Counted from the first letter of the stretch, positions 1 through 10,288 are shown. The stretch is DNA of 64,000 bases from Nitrospinaceae bacterium (GCA_046754465.1 JBHHVU010000010.1:1-64000), one strand, 5' to 3'. A program made the numbers and translations. The notes: generated by a model not told the origin, from the letters alone.

Positions 1-23
1 GTCGCCCCTAGGTCGCACAAAAG

Positions 24-54
24 AAAAAGGGTTATGAGAAAAATCTCATAACCC
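24..54 (-). terminator. Intrinsic terminator downstream of tRNA-Lys
   Basis: Perfect 11-bp stem GGGTTATGAGA/TCTCATAACCC (29-54); A-run at 24-28 reads as a U-tract on the minus strand. Confidence 0.7.
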
Positions 55-68
55 CTTAATATATTTGA

Positions 69-141
<73 letters not shown>

Positions 142-235
142 TTGTGGACGTTGCTGGATCCCGTTGGAAAAATCAAATTAGCATTTTCCCTCCACGGAGT
201 CAACGGGGGTGAATGTGCCGCTGCGGACGGTTTCC

Positions 236-568
236 CTATCGGCCGAAAAGAAAGGCGACGCCCTGGAATTGAAGTGCGCTGATCGAAACGGAGAATCCAC
301 CCAGGATCAGCGATAAAAATAAAAAAATAAACGCCCGGTTCCGGTCTTCCCGCGACCGGACAATGTCGATGAGAAATGCCACGAACATCATCGCAAAGAA
401 TAAAACTTTTTGCACGTCCCAAAGAAGGGCTTCCCCTTCCAGCGGCTTCTCCCGGTTCCCGGGAAAATGGTACGCGTTCATAAACCCGGCAAAATATACC
501 GCGATTAAAAAAAGCGCCCAGACTTTCTGAAGAAGGGCCAGTGTCGATGCCGTGTGGTAATCAGCCAA
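236..568 (-). CDS. Small hypothetical membrane protein (about 3 TM helices)
   Basis: 110-aa ORF with three hydrophobic segments; TTG start. Confidence 0.6.
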   Translation of the reverse strand: MADYHTASTLALLQKVWALFLIAVYFAGFMNAYHFPGNREKPLEGEALLWDVQKVLFFAMMFVAFLIDIVRSREDRNRAFIFLFLSLILGGFSVSISALQFQGVAFLFGR

Positions 569-956
569 GAGAAACCTTCCGCATGAAATTGGGAATCCGG
601 ATTCCTGGAAACGGGGAAACCTTCTTGTTAAGTTTCAACACCACCTGAAAAAAACATCGTGCGCAAAGGGACCGGGGGGAACTGGAATTGCACCCTTTCC
701 CGGGGATTTCTTTTTTCGGATTGGCTTACAAATAATATGATATAATTGGGCATTCGAAAATTACCAATCATTTTTTCACGATATTTTGCCGCGGGATTTC
801 TTGATGAATTCCGGTCAAGGGGGTAGGCGGGGGACCCGCCGGGGACATTCCCCGATGAGGTCCGAAAGGCGCCTGCTCATCCTTGAAATTTATTCGGTTT
901 GATTTTTTGCGTCCATGAACATTCTCTGAAACATATTTAACAGAAGGAATTTGGAG

Positions 957-1592
957 ATGGCTATCAGATTAGGTGATACAGCACCAGATTTTACCGCCGA
1001 AACGACGGAAGGAACCATTGAGTTTCACAAGTGGCTTGGGGACGGTTGGGGGATTTTGTTTTCCCATCCAAAGGATTACACGCCGGTTTGCACCACCGAG
1101 CTGGGGCGGGTGGCCAGGTTGAAGGATGAATTCGAAAAACGGAATGTCAAGGTTCTCGCCCTGAGCGTGGATCCGGTCGATTCCCATAAGGGCTGGATCA
1201 ATGACATCAATGAAACGCAAAATTGCAACGTGAACTATCCGATCGTAGCGGATCCGGAAAGGAAAATCGCCACCATGTACGATATGATCCATCCCAACGC
1301 GTTGGATAACCTGACGGTTCGCACGGTGTTCATTATTGGTCCGGACAAAAAAGTCAAGTTGTCGCTGACTTATCCGGCCTCCACGGGGCGGAATTTCGAC
1401 GAAATTCTGCGTGTGATCGATTCCCTGCAGTTGACCGCCAATTATCAGGTGGCCACGCCGGTGGATTGGAAGAGGGGGGATGACTGCGTGGTGGTTCCGG
1501 CGATCAAAACGGAAGATATCCCAGCGAAATTTCCGAAAGGGTTCAAGGAGGTCAAACCTTACTTGAGGATGACCCCCCAGCCCGATCTGTAA
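957..1592 (+). CDS. 1-Cys peroxiredoxin (Prx6 family)
   Basis: FSHPKDYTPVCTTELG, YPASTGRNFDEILRVIDSLQ and C-terminal KPYLR motifs. Confidence 0.96.
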   Translation: MAIRLGDTAPDFTAETTEGTIEFHKWLGDGWGILFSHPKDYTPVCTTELGRVARLKDEFEKRNVKVLALSVDPVDSHKGWINDINETQNCNVNYPIVADPERKIATMYDMIHPNALDNLTVRTVFIIGPDKKVKLSLTYPASTGRNFDEILRVIDSLQLTANYQVATPVDWKRGDDCVVVPAIKTEDIPAKFPKGFKEVKPYLRMTPQPDL

Positions 1593-1610
1593 CCCTTCCA
1601 GTCAGGAAAG

Positions 1611-1648
1611 AAAAAAGCCTGGACGGATGGGACCGTCCAGGCTTTTTT
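1611..1648 (+). terminator. Intrinsic, potentially bidirectional terminator
   Basis: AAAAAAGCCTGGACGG-atggga-CCGTCCAGGCTTTTTT. Confidence 0.85.
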
Positions 1649-1658
1649 AATTATATTT

Positions 1659-2537
1659 ATGGAAAAAGGTTCCGCCCATTCAATTTCTCACCTCATTCGG
1701 TTGATGGATGACAGGGACGAGTTTGTCCGCTCCCGGGTTCGTGACCGGTTGATCCAATGGGGTGAGGACGCCCTGCCTTTTCTGGAGATCATCGCCAACG
1801 ACGAGGCATCCACGAGGCGGCTCATCGCCCGGGAAATCATTCAAGCGATCCTGCCCCGGCGCCTGGAGAATAAATTCCGCCGTCTCGCGGCTTCCGCCCG
1901 GGAAGGGGACATCGATCTCGAATCGGGGGTCCTGTTGCTCATGGAATTTGGATATCCCCAAGCCGACCCCCAGGAAGTCCGCTCCACCCTGGACCGGTTG
2001 GCGGAGGACTGCTCCCACCGCGTTTCGCCGAAGGATTCTCCCCCAGCGGCGGCGGAAGCATTGAGCCGTTTTCTTTTTCATGAAAAAGGGTTCGCGGGCA
2101 ATACCACCAACTTCCTGGATCCCGACAACAGTTACTTCAACCGGGTCCTTCGCCGAAAGATCGGGATTCCGATCACCCTGTCCGCGCTTTGTCTCTTTGT
2201 CGCCAAGCGGCTGGAACTTCCCATCGTCGGTGTGGGGTTGCCGGGACATTACATCGTCAAATACGATTCGCTGGCCCATCCGGTCTATTTTGATCCTTAC
2301 CATAAAGGCCGTGTTCTCACGCGGGAGGATTGTGTCCGCCGCGTCACCAGTCTGGGCCACCGTTTCGAGGAACATCATCTTTCCCAATCCACCCATCGGG
2401 AAACCCTGGTGCGCATGATGAACAATCTCATCATGATTTATAAACAGGATCGGAAAACGGAAAAATCCCGGCAGTTGTCTGAATTTGTCCATATCCTGTT
2501 GGACGCTCCGCGAAATTTCACGGCCCAATCCACCTAG
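1659..2537 (+). CDS. SirB1 / transglutaminase-like (Transglut_core2) protein
   Basis: GFAGN..NFLDPDNSYFNRVL.RKIGIPITLS, GVGLPGHYIV and FDPY motifs. Confidence 0.88.
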   Translation: MEKGSAHSISHLIRLMDDRDEFVRSRVRDRLIQWGEDALPFLEIIANDEASTRRLIAREIIQAILPRRLENKFRRLAASAREGDIDLESGVLLLMEFGYPQADPQEVRSTLDRLAEDCSHRVSPKDSPPAAAEALSRFLFHEKGFAGNTTNFLDPDNSYFNRVLRRKIGIPITLSALCLFVAKRLELPIVGVGLPGHYIVKYDSLAHPVYFDPYHKGRVLTREDCVRRVTSLGHRFEEHHLSQSTHRETLVRMMNNLIMIYKQDRKTEKSRQLSEFVHILLDAPRNFTAQST

Positions 2538-2557
2538 ATCTTTACCGGAAGGGAATT

Positions 2558-3316
2558 ATGACGAAATCGGTTGTCGTGACGGGGGCAGGGACGGGGATCG
2601 GCCAGGCGATCGCCAGGATTCTGGCCGAAAAGGAGTATGCCCTCGTTCTGCTCGGACGCAACCGGGACCGGTTGGAAACCACCCGCAGCGCCTTGAAAAA
2701 TCCCGGCAACCACCAGAGTTTTTCCTGCGATATCCGGCGGCGGGATCAAATTCGCGGCGCGCTTGAGAAAAGCGGGATCCGCTCCCTTTACGCCGTCGTG
2801 GCCAATGCCGGAATGGGCGGGGAAAATCATTACGCCGGCGAAGACCCTTGGCAGGAGATCCTCGATACCAACCTGACCGGAAGTTACCATACCATCAACG
2901 AATGCCTTCCCTTCCTGAAAAAAAACACCGGCTCTTACAGGAAAATAGTGATCATCTCTTCCATCCTGGCCCGGTTAGGCGTTCCCGGATACTCCGCATA
3001 TTGCGCTTCGAAGGCGGGGCTGCTGGGTTTGATGCGTTCCCTGGCCGCGGAACTGACGGGGGACAGGATTCTGGTCAACGCGGTGTGTCCCGGTTGGGTC
3101 AACACCGATATGGCTCATCAGGGATTGCAGGGGTTCGCCAATGCGTTGAAAGTTTCCAAGGACGAGGCGTATCGGCAGGCGATGAGCCAGGTCCCTCTTG
3201 GAAAAATGTCGGAGCCTGAGGAAGTGGCCCAATTAGTCGCTTTCCTGGTTTCCGACGCGCAAGTCTCGTGCACTGGGCAAACGTTCGATATCAACAATGG
3301 AGCGTTGATGCCCTGA
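2558..3316 (+). CDS. Short-chain dehydrogenase/reductase (SDR)
   Basis: TGAGTGIG, NAG, YCASK, NAVCPGWVNTDM. Confidence 0.93.
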   Translation: MTKSVVVTGAGTGIGQAIARILAEKEYALVLLGRNRDRLETTRSALKNPGNHQSFSCDIRRRDQIRGALEKSGIRSLYAVVANAGMGGENHYAGEDPWQEILDTNLTGSYHTINECLPFLKKNTGSYRKIVIISSILARLGVPGYSAYCASKAGLLGLMRSLAAELTGDRILVNAVCPGWVNTDMAHQGLQGFANALKVSKDEAYRQAMSQVPLGKMSEPEEVAQLVAFLVSDAQVSCTGQTFDINNGALMP

Positions 3317-3442
3317 TCCCCTTGGGACCCGGCGAGGGGATTTACCTGGGTCTATGTCAACGCCCGAAAGATTCCGCAACGGGAGGGCCCGTAAGGAAGG
3401 TTCGATCGATGGGGAGAATGGGTCTGGAACGGGGTGGGGAAA

Positions 3443-4252
3443 TCAGGCTTCACTTGCCCCGGAAGAGGAACCGTTCTCGATTCCCTGGGGAAGGGGTTTT
3501 AAATCGGGTTCCGCGCTGTTTTGTAACGGGGCCAGGAATTGGCTCAACTGCTTTTGAAGATATTGCATGAGGTCGTTCAAGGAGCGGAGGATTCTTTCCC
3601 CTTGAGGCAAATGACCCGCCTGGGCTTCGAACTCCGCTTCCACCGATGCCAGTACCAGGGCGGGAAGGTCCCGGATGTTCGACGCGCTGCTTCCCGGATG
3701 GGCCGATGAAATACCCCCCAGGGCCGCGGCGTCAACAGGATTGGGGACTGGGTTCGCCGCGGGAGAAGCCGCGTCCACGGTTCCCCGCGCGGGTTGGGAG
3801 GAGAAGCTTTGAGCCGATATAGTCGCGGTAATCACCCTCTCCAGTGAAAGCTCTACTTCCGATATCGTTCCCAATGAATTGGATAACACCTGGGCCGTGA
3901 TTCCCGGATCGAATTCGCTTTGAGTAAAAAATTTACGCGCGATGGGGCCGATATCCTGGACCAGTTTCTGGATGGCGTCCAGTTCTTGCGAATTCAGGTC
4001 TCCCTGAACCGACAAGGAATACCGGGAGGCCGCGACGGCTGCCGAGGAAAATTCCTGTACCGTCTCCCCACCGGCATACCGGGTTTGGGATCCCGATTCC
4101 GTCAGCGACTGGCGGTTGTCAAACGACAGGTTCACCCGGTCCCCTTCCCGGGTTTGGAGGGTGAGGCCCGTGGAAAAGGAAATGTTCACCGCCGTCGAAA
4201 AGGACCGCTGATCGGTGACTCTCGAGGCTGCTAACCCTCCCTGGATGTCCAT
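3443..4252 (-). CDS. DUF5610-like hypothetical protein, probably in the sigma28 regulon
   Basis: LTLQTREGDRVNLSF and YSLSVQGDLNSQELDAI..LV motifs recalled from this family; sigma28 promoter upstream. Confidence 0.65.
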   Translation of the reverse strand: MDIQGGLAASRVTDQRSFSTAVNISFSTGLTLQTREGDRVNLSFDNRQSLTESGSQTRYAGGETVQEFSSAAVAASRYSLSVQGDLNSQELDAIQKLVQDIGPIARKFFTQSEFDPGITAQVLSNSLGTISEVELSLERVITATISAQSFSSQPARGTVDAASPAANPVPNPVDAAALGGISSAHPGSSASNIRDLPALVLASVEAEFEAQAGHLPQGERILRSLNDLMQYLQKQLSQFLAPLQNSAEPDLKPLPQGIENGSSSGASEA

Positions 4253-4303
4253 GGGTAATTCCCTTTTTCTTGTGATCCAAAACTTCTTTCTCTCTATTTC
4301 CTG

Positions 4304-4330
4304 TTATCGGCAATGGGAAAAAAAACATTA
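4304..4330 (-). promoter_or_regulatory. Sigma28 (FliA) promoter
   Basis: Minus strand TAAT-N15-GCCGATAA. Confidence 0.7.
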
Positions 4331-4397
4331 AAAAAAACTCTATGTAACCTTTTATTCTAATGTAATTTAAAGGGGGGGGAGAAAGGCGGGATGGGAT

Positions 4398-4925
4398 TTA
4401 AATATTCCGGAAGAGCGGTAGGTTCTTGTCTTTTTCCGACAGAATAGGATTTTGTATGGGCCATTCGATCCCAATGTCCGGATCGTTCCAGCGTATCCCC
4501 CGTTCTCCGGCGGGATTATAATAATCGGAACATTTATAGAGAAGTTCCGCGGTATCGCTCAACGTACAGAACCCGTGCGCGAACCCAATGGGGATATAGA
4601 TCTGCAAACGATTGCCTTCCGAAAGACAGACGCCGATCCACTTTCCAAAAGACGGGGAATTTTTACGGACATCCACTACGACATCAAACACCTCTCCGTG
4701 CGTGACCCGGACCAATTTGGCCTGTCCGGGCTCTTCCTGGTAATGGAGGCCCCTCAGAGCTCCTTTTTTGGATAGGGAGTGGTTGTCCTGAACAAAATCG
4801 TCGGCGATTCCCCGTTCCTGGTATTTGCGTTTCACGTAGCTTTCATAAAAAAAACCCCGAGAATCCCGATGCACCTCCGGCTCGATGATTAAGACTGCAT
4901 CTAATTCCGTTTTGGTGACCTTCAT
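4398..4925 (-). CDS. rfbC: dTDP-4-dehydrorhamnose 3,5-epimerase
   Basis: DSRGFFYE, FVQDNHSLS..GALRGLHYQ, QAKLVRV, GFAHGF, WNDPDIGIEWP. Confidence 0.95.
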   Translation of the reverse strand: MKVTKTELDAVLIIEPEVHRDSRGFFYESYVKRKYQERGIADDFVQDNHSLSKKGALRGLHYQEEPGQAKLVRVTHGEVFDVVVDVRKNSPSFGKWIGVCLSEGNRLQIYIPIGFAHGFCTLSDTAELLYKCSDYYNPAGERGIRWNDPDIGIEWPIQNPILSEKDKNLPLFRNI

Positions 4926-5246
4926 AGGCGGACCGATCGAATTCAAAGGGTGGGAAGAAAAAGAGAATACCCAGAAAATATCTGAAAACCCGAATGGTTG
5001 GGAAACGCGTTTTGATTCTCGTTTCTTTTCCGGATTCCGATTTTATTCGGATATTTTAAAATATCAATTTAATTTTGTTCCTTGCCCTATTGCCCCCGCC
5101 GGTGGGCCCGGACACAAATCCGTTAAGTCTTCCAGCCAGATTTTCGATAAGGTAAGGAGCGATTTGCAGTGAGCATATCTTTTGGGCAAGAGCCTGGCCT
5201 TCCCAGGGTCTCCGGCTAACCCGCTTTCACCCCAAATCAAATGATC

Positions 5247-5465
5247 ATGAGCGCTAAAAGTCATTTTTCCAAGAAAAAACTCATTTCATCCCCATTCCCG
5301 CCAAAATTAAAGGGAACCCAATTCCCCGCCGGGAAAACGGTGGCATTTTCCCCTTACCCCGGGAGCAACGCGGAATCCATCCGCAAAGCAGTGACCCGGG
5401 CCAAGAAGAAGTTAAAAAACCACCAACGGTTTTTTGAGCGGTTGGGATCGGAAGATTCCCGTTAA
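5247..5465 (+). CDS. Possible small basic hypothetical protein
   Basis: 72-aa Lys/Arg-rich ORF in an otherwise empty gap; no recognisable motif. Confidence 0.3.
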   Translation: MSAKSHFSKKKLISSPFPPKLKGTQFPAGKTVAFSPYPGSNAESIRKAVTRAKKKLKNHQRFFERLGSEDSR

Positions 5466-6655
5466 TTTGGCGCGGACGGCGTGGACCTCCTCCGGGTGGA
5501 AACAAAAGGCAGCGCCATGATGAAATAAAGCGTCATGGCCACTTCGGAATCATAAAAATTAACTTCGAAAAATCCTCCCGCCAGAAACCCCAGCACCGAA
5601 GCGGCGCTGCCCATGATGACCCATTCCGGGCCGCGTAGGGTTTCCGGGGAACGTGCCCGCCGGCGCAGTTCCAGGAAAAAACACATCCATATCGACAACC
5701 ACGTCACAAGCCCCAGCAACCCGGTATCCACCGCCACCTGGACAAAATTATTGTGCATACCCCGGTATTTTTTTATATATCCCGTGGGATCGGGATAATT
5801 GGGGTGAACGATATCCATGCACCGGAACCCGCAGCCCGTCAACGGATAGTCCTTGATCACCTCCCATCCCCCCCGCCAAAGGGCCAGCCGGGACTGTACC
5901 GTCCAATCCTTGAGGTCCGTCATCGAGTGAATGCGCTTTTGGACCGCCTCGGGGGAAAACAGGAGGATCAGCACGATCAAAACCGGAATGGCCCACAATA
6001 ATTTTCGCCGCCAGAAAAAAACAAGAAATACCAGTCCGGTCAAGAACCCTAGCCAAGCCTGGCGGGTCAACGTCAACAACAGGCAAGCAACGATGATTGT
6101 CACCGCCGCAGCCAACCACTTTTCCCGGGGCCGGCGGAAAAGGAACCTGCCAAGTCCGACGAGGCCCACCAGCATCAACAGTCCGGCGAAGGTCATGTAG
6201 ATGCTCATGGTGCCTTTGACCCGCGTGGCGGTGGTCACCTCCGTGATCAATCCCTGATAAATCCCATACAAGCCAGCCGCGCAAGCGGCCGCCACCAGAA
6301 GCAGGACCAGGAAATCCCGTTGTTCCTCATCCCGGATACTGTTGAGCGCCCAGAAAAAGATGAGAATTTGCAGAAGTTTCTTGAGCGATTTGAAACTGTA
6401 TCCCGGGTCCACCGCCGCGGCCACCGCCAGGAAACAGGCAAGGACGAAAAGGGAAAAAGGAATGGCCAAAGGCCACAATACCCGGTTCCATGTGCGCGTC
6501 AGGTGAACCCGGGTCAGCCAGGCTATCATTCCCAGACCGAACGCGATCTGCGTGACACTGATGGAGAACACGGAGAACAGGACGAACAAGATCAGGCTTG
6601 CCGTTATTATCCCATCCAGAATTCGCAAGGTGCGTTCCATGAGCGGCGGTTCCAA
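5462..6655 (-). CDS. O-antigen ligase (WaaL/Wzy_C) family protein
   Basis: About 10 TM helices; LTLTRQAWLG, SRLALW, YPLTGCG and HNNFVQVAVDTGLLGL motifs. Confidence 0.9.
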   Translation of the reverse strand: MEPPLMERTLRILDGIITASLILFVLFSVFSISVTQIAFGLGMIAWLTRVHLTRTWNRVLWPLAIPFSLFVLACFLAVAAAVDPGYSFKSLKKLLQILIFFWALNSIRDEEQRDFLVLLLVAAACAAGLYGIYQGLITEVTTATRVKGTMSIYMTFAGLLMLVGLVGLGRFLFRRPREKWLAAAVTIIVACLLLTLTRQAWLGFLTGLVFLVFFWRRKLLWAIPVLIVLILLFSPEAVQKRIHSMTDLKDWTVQSRLALWRGGWEVIKDYPLTGCGFRCMDIVHPNYPDPTGYIKKYRGMHNNFVQVAVDTGLLGLVTWLSIWMCFFLELRRRARSPETLRGPEWVIMGSAASVLGFLAGGFFEVNFYDSEVAMTLYFIMALPFVSTRRRSTPSAPN

Positions 6656-6947
6656 GTCAAGAGATTCGCTCGTTTCGGCGGGTCACCCCGAAGCAGGAAA
6701 TATTGGCGGGGAAAATCCGAAACAAACGATTCCGATTCAGGGGAATTAAAGCTGGCGGGGCCGGCCGGAGGGCATTATATAAACTTCCCTTCCCGGAGTA
6801 AATCGCTATCTCCCCCGGTGGCCGGGCCAAGGTAAAAGCACGCATCTTCGGGAGAAGATCATCTTCCGCGTGGAATCCCCGGCACAATCTGTTAAAATTC
6901 CAACGGCAACTTTCATTTTCAACCCTTTAAATTGACAATTGGCAATC

Positions 6948-7685
6948 ATGATAAAAATTATTCCCGCCGTGGACATCAAAAACGGCAAGTGCGTGCGGCT
7001 TTCCCAGGGGGACAAGGACCGGGAGACAGTCTATTCGGATGATCCCGTCGCCATGGCCTGTCATTGGGATGAAGAGGGCGCGAGTCTCATCCACGTGGTG
7101 GACCTCGACGGCGCCTTTGAAGGAATACCCGGGAATGCCGGCCTCGTCAAGAACATCATCTACGCCAGCTCCGTGGACATTCAGGTGGGGGGGGGCATCC
7201 GCACCTTCGAGGCTATAGAAACCTATGTCGACGCCGGGGCCTACCGGGTGATTCTTGGCACCATCGCCCAGAAGGATCCTGCTTTTGTCGAAGAAGCCTG
7301 CCGCAGGTATCCCGGCAAAATCACCGTGGGCATCGACGCGCGGGACGGGTTCGTCGCCGTCAACGGCTGGCTCGAGGTGTCCAGCCAAAAAGCCACCGAC
7401 CTGGCGCGGCAGCTCGAGCCCTTGGGGGTCGCCGGGTTCATCTTCACCGATATCAGCCGGGATGGCATGCTTCAGGGGCCCAACCTGGAAAGCATTCGCG
7501 CCTTTGCCGATTCCACGTCCTTGCCGGTGATCGCCTCCGGGGGCATCGGCACGTTGCAGGATATCTCCAATTTGCTGGCCCTGGAATCCCATGGTGTCAC
7601 CGGCATCATCACCGGCAAGGCCCTTTATGACAAAACCATCTCCTTCCGGGAGGCGCTGAAACTGGCGGGTCAGGATGCTGGCTAA
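6948..7685 (+). CDS. hisA: ProFAR isomerase
   Basis: [40 protein letters not shown]. Confidence 0.97.
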   Translation: MIKIIPAVDIKNGKCVRLSQGDKDRETVYSDDPVAMACHWDEEGASLIHVVDLDGAFEGIPGNAGLVKNIIYASSVDIQVGGGIRTFEAIETYVDAGAYRVILGTIAQKDPAFVEEACRRYPGKITVGIDARDGFVAVNGWLEVSSQKATDLARQLEPLGVAGFIFTDISRDGMLQGPNLESIRAFADSTSLPVIASGGIGTLQDISNLLALESHGVTGIITGKALYDKTISFREALKLAGQDAG

Positions 7686-8511
7686 GCGCATCATTCCCTG
7701 TCTCGACGTTAAGGACGGGCGGGTCGTCAAGGGAGTAAAATTCGTCAACCTGCGCGATGCCGGGGATCCCGTCGAAATCGCCGCTGCCTACGAGCGGGAG
7801 GGGGCCGACGAGTTGACCTTTCTCGACATCACCGCCTCCCACGAGAAGCGCGATATCATCCTGGACGTGGTTGCCCGCACCGCTGAAAAAGTGTTCATGC
7901 CCCTGACGGTAGGAGGCGGCGTGCGGACTCTGGAGGATATCCGCAATCTCCTCAAGGCGGGAGCCGACAAAGTCGGCATCAATACCGCGGCCGTGCACGA
8001 TCCCGAATTCGTTCAACGCGCGGCACGGCGGTTTGGCTGCCAGTGCATCGTCGTGGCGATCGACGCCAAACAGGCCGTCCCCGGCAAACCCATCGCCGGA
8101 GCCGCTCTCAAGTGGCGGGAAAAACATCCGGATCTCTTTTTTTCCGAAACCGACCCGTTTCCCGCCTGGGAGGTGTTCACCCACGGGGGGAGGAATCCGA
8201 CCGGCATCCACGCCGTGCGCTGGGCCCGGCTGATGGAATCCTATGGGGCAGGCGAAATCCTGTTGACCAGCATGGACCGCGACGGGACCAAGGAGGGTTA
8301 CGACCTGCCCCTCAACCGGGCCATTTCCGAAGCCGTATCCATACCGGTCATCGCTTCCGGGGGAGCGGGCACCCTGGAGCATCTTTACGAGGGGATCGTG
8401 GAGGGCAAGGCCGACGCGGTTTTGGCCGCGTCGATTTTTCATTTCAAGGAATTCACCATTGGCGAGACGAAACGCTATCTGAAATCCAGGAACATCCCCG
8501 TCCGCTTGTAA
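7675..8511 (+). CDS. hisF: Imidazole glycerol phosphate synthase cyclase subunit
   Basis: [42 protein letters not shown]. Confidence 0.97.
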   Translation: MLAKRIIPCLDVKDGRVVKGVKFVNLRDAGDPVEIAAAYEREGADELTFLDITASHEKRDIILDVVARTAEKVFMPLTVGGGVRTLEDIRNLLKAGADKVGINTAAVHDPEFVQRAARRFGCQCIVVAIDAKQAVPGKPIAGAALKWREKHPDLFFSETDPFPAWEVFTHGGRNPTGIHAVRWARLMESYGAGEILLTSMDRDGTKEGYDLPLNRAISEAVSIPVIASGGAGTLEHLYEGIVEGKADAVLAASIFHFKEFTIGETKRYLKSRNIPVRL

Positions 8512-8526
8512 TATCCTTTCCCCATA

Positions 8527-9450
8527 TCAAACGAGGGTGCGGTCTTGAAACTCGATGGATCGAGAGCCGGTGTCCAGGGTGGCCTTCACCCCCAGGGGGA
8601 GGGTCCACATCTCCCTTCCGTGCCCGATGGGAAAACCGGTCACGATGGGCACCTCCAAACCGGCGAACACCTCCCGGTAAATTTCACCGAGCGATCCGTT
8701 CTCCCGGTTTTCGGCATGGCAATTGATCATTTCACCCAGGATGATTCCTTTGACGTCTTTCAGTTTTCCGGCTGTTTTCAGTTGCCAGAGCATGCCGTCG
8801 ATACGGTAGGGCGGTTCGTTGACGTCCTCGATCAGCAAAATCCGGCCCTGCGTCTGAATTTCATAAGGCGTTTTCAGGGAACGGCAGAGTAGGGTGAGGC
8901 ATCCCCCGGTGATCGGGCCGCGGGCGGTTCCGGGATTGAGGATGCGGGCCTGTCTGGAGGAGATTTTTCTTCCTTCCCGTTTTCCGGTGAGGAGGTCGAA
9001 GAACTGCTTTTTGGATTTTCTCATGGGATGGCGGCCGAAATTACCGGCGACCATGGGACCGTGGAAAGCGGCCAGGGAACATTTTTGCAATAAATAGAGG
9101 AGCAGGAGGGTGATGTCGCTCGCGCCGACAAGGATTTTGGGATGTTTCCGGATTTTTTTCGGCTTGAGAAGGGGCAACAGCCGGTTGACCCCGTAGCCTC
9201 CCCGGGCGCAAAAAATGGCTTTCACCTTGGGATTCTCGAACATGGCCATGAGGTCGGAGGCGCGGTCCTCGTCCTTCCCCGCAAGGTAGCGGTGCCGGGA
9301 GAGCACGTATTTTCCCACAAGGGGTTTGAACCCCATGCGCTGGAGCACCCGCAATCCCTTCTCAAGCGATTCGGGGTCCACGGGGCCGGCCGGGGCCACC
9401 ACGCCCACGGTGTCTCCTTTTTTAAGTTTTCCGGGTTTTTGCGGCTGGAT
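8527..9450 (-). CDS. ldcA: LD-carboxypeptidase (peptidase S66); start uncertain (ATC at 9450 or GTG at 9408)
   Basis: LKKGDTVGVVAPAG, RGGYG, GASDIT, EDVNEPPYRIDGML, PIGHG. Confidence 0.9.
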   Translation of the reverse strand: MQPQKPGKLKKGDTVGVVAPAGPVDPESLEKGLRVLQRMGFKPLVGKYVLSRHRYLAGKDEDRASDLMAMFENPKVKAIFCARGGYGVNRLLPLLKPKKIRKHPKILVGASDITLLLLYLLQKCSLAAFHGPMVAGNFGRHPMRKSKKQFFDLLTGKREGRKISSRQARILNPGTARGPITGGCLTLLCRSLKTPYEIQTQGRILLIEDVNEPPYRIDGMLWQLKTAGKLKDVKGIILGEMINCHAENRENGSLGEIYREVFAGLEVPIVTGFPIGHGREMWTLPLGVKATLDTGSRSIEFQDRTLV

Positions 9451-9525
9451 GGGATTCCTCCTTTCAACAGGATTGGGAAGGGTTAAAATAAAGGACTTGC
9501 ACGGAATTTAATTCCATGAGGAAAA

Positions 9526-10263
9526 ATGTTTAACGTTGCCGGCCTCATTCAGGCCCGAATGGGTTCCACCCGTTATCCGGGCAAAGTGCTTCGCCCCTTG
9601 GCGGGCGTCCCGATGATCGAACATATCATCAATCGGCTGCGGACGGTTCCCGAATTGGACGGGATGGTCCTGGCCGTCCCCTTGGGGCCGCTTGAACAAC
9701 CCTTGGCTGAAATCGCCCACCGCTTGGGGATCGAATTTTTCCAGGGTCCCGAGGAGGATGTCTTGCAACGCTTCATCCGCGCTGGGGATTTCATCGGCGC
9801 CGAACATATTGTGAGAGTTTGTGGGGACAATCCTCTGGTGGACCCGGAACTGGCCGGGGGACTCATCCGGCGGCACTTGGAAAAAAAAGCCGATTACACC
9901 CTTCCGGCCCATCCCATCCCGCTGGGGACGGGGACCGAGGTAGTCCGCCTGGACGCGCTGAAAAAGATCGCTGAAAATACCCGCCATGCCAGGTACCTCG
10001 AACATGTGACCACTTATTTTCACGATTATCCCGAATCCTTTATCCTGGAACAAGTGGAGGTTCCCGATTACCTTCGCCATCCCGCAATTCGCCTTACGGT
10101 GGACACCGAGCAGGATTTTATCTTGTTGGATCGCCTGTATGAAGAATTTTTCACTTCCTCCGGGAAAATTGTAGACCTGAAGCAGGTCATCGCCCACTTG
10201 AAAGCCCACCCAGAACTCACCCGCCTGAACGCCAATGTGGTTCAAAAAGACTGGCGAAAATAA
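9526..10263 (+). CDS. SpsF-like cytidylyltransferase (nonulosonate activation)
   Basis: IQARMGSTRYPGKVL, GPEEDVLQRF, VRVCGDNPLVDP, EHVT, RLTVDT..D. Confidence 0.88.
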   Translation: MFNVAGLIQARMGSTRYPGKVLRPLAGVPMIEHIINRLRTVPELDGMVLAVPLGPLEQPLAEIAHRLGIEFFQGPEEDVLQRFIRAGDFIGAEHIVRVCGDNPLVDPELAGGLIRRHLEKKADYTLPAHPIPLGTGTEVVRLDALKKIAENTRHARYLEHVTTYFHDYPESFILEQVEVPDYLRHPAIRLTVDTEQDFILLDRLYEEFFTSSGKIVDLKQVIAHLKAHPELTRLNANVVQKDWRK

Positions 10264-10288
10264 AATCAATAAAATCTTAGGTTTACAT

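Noticed and set aside
850..875. Hammerhead ribozyme core (CCGATGAG...GAAA)
   Set aside because: Core is CCGAUGA rather than CUGAUGA, and stem II/III geometry does not fit
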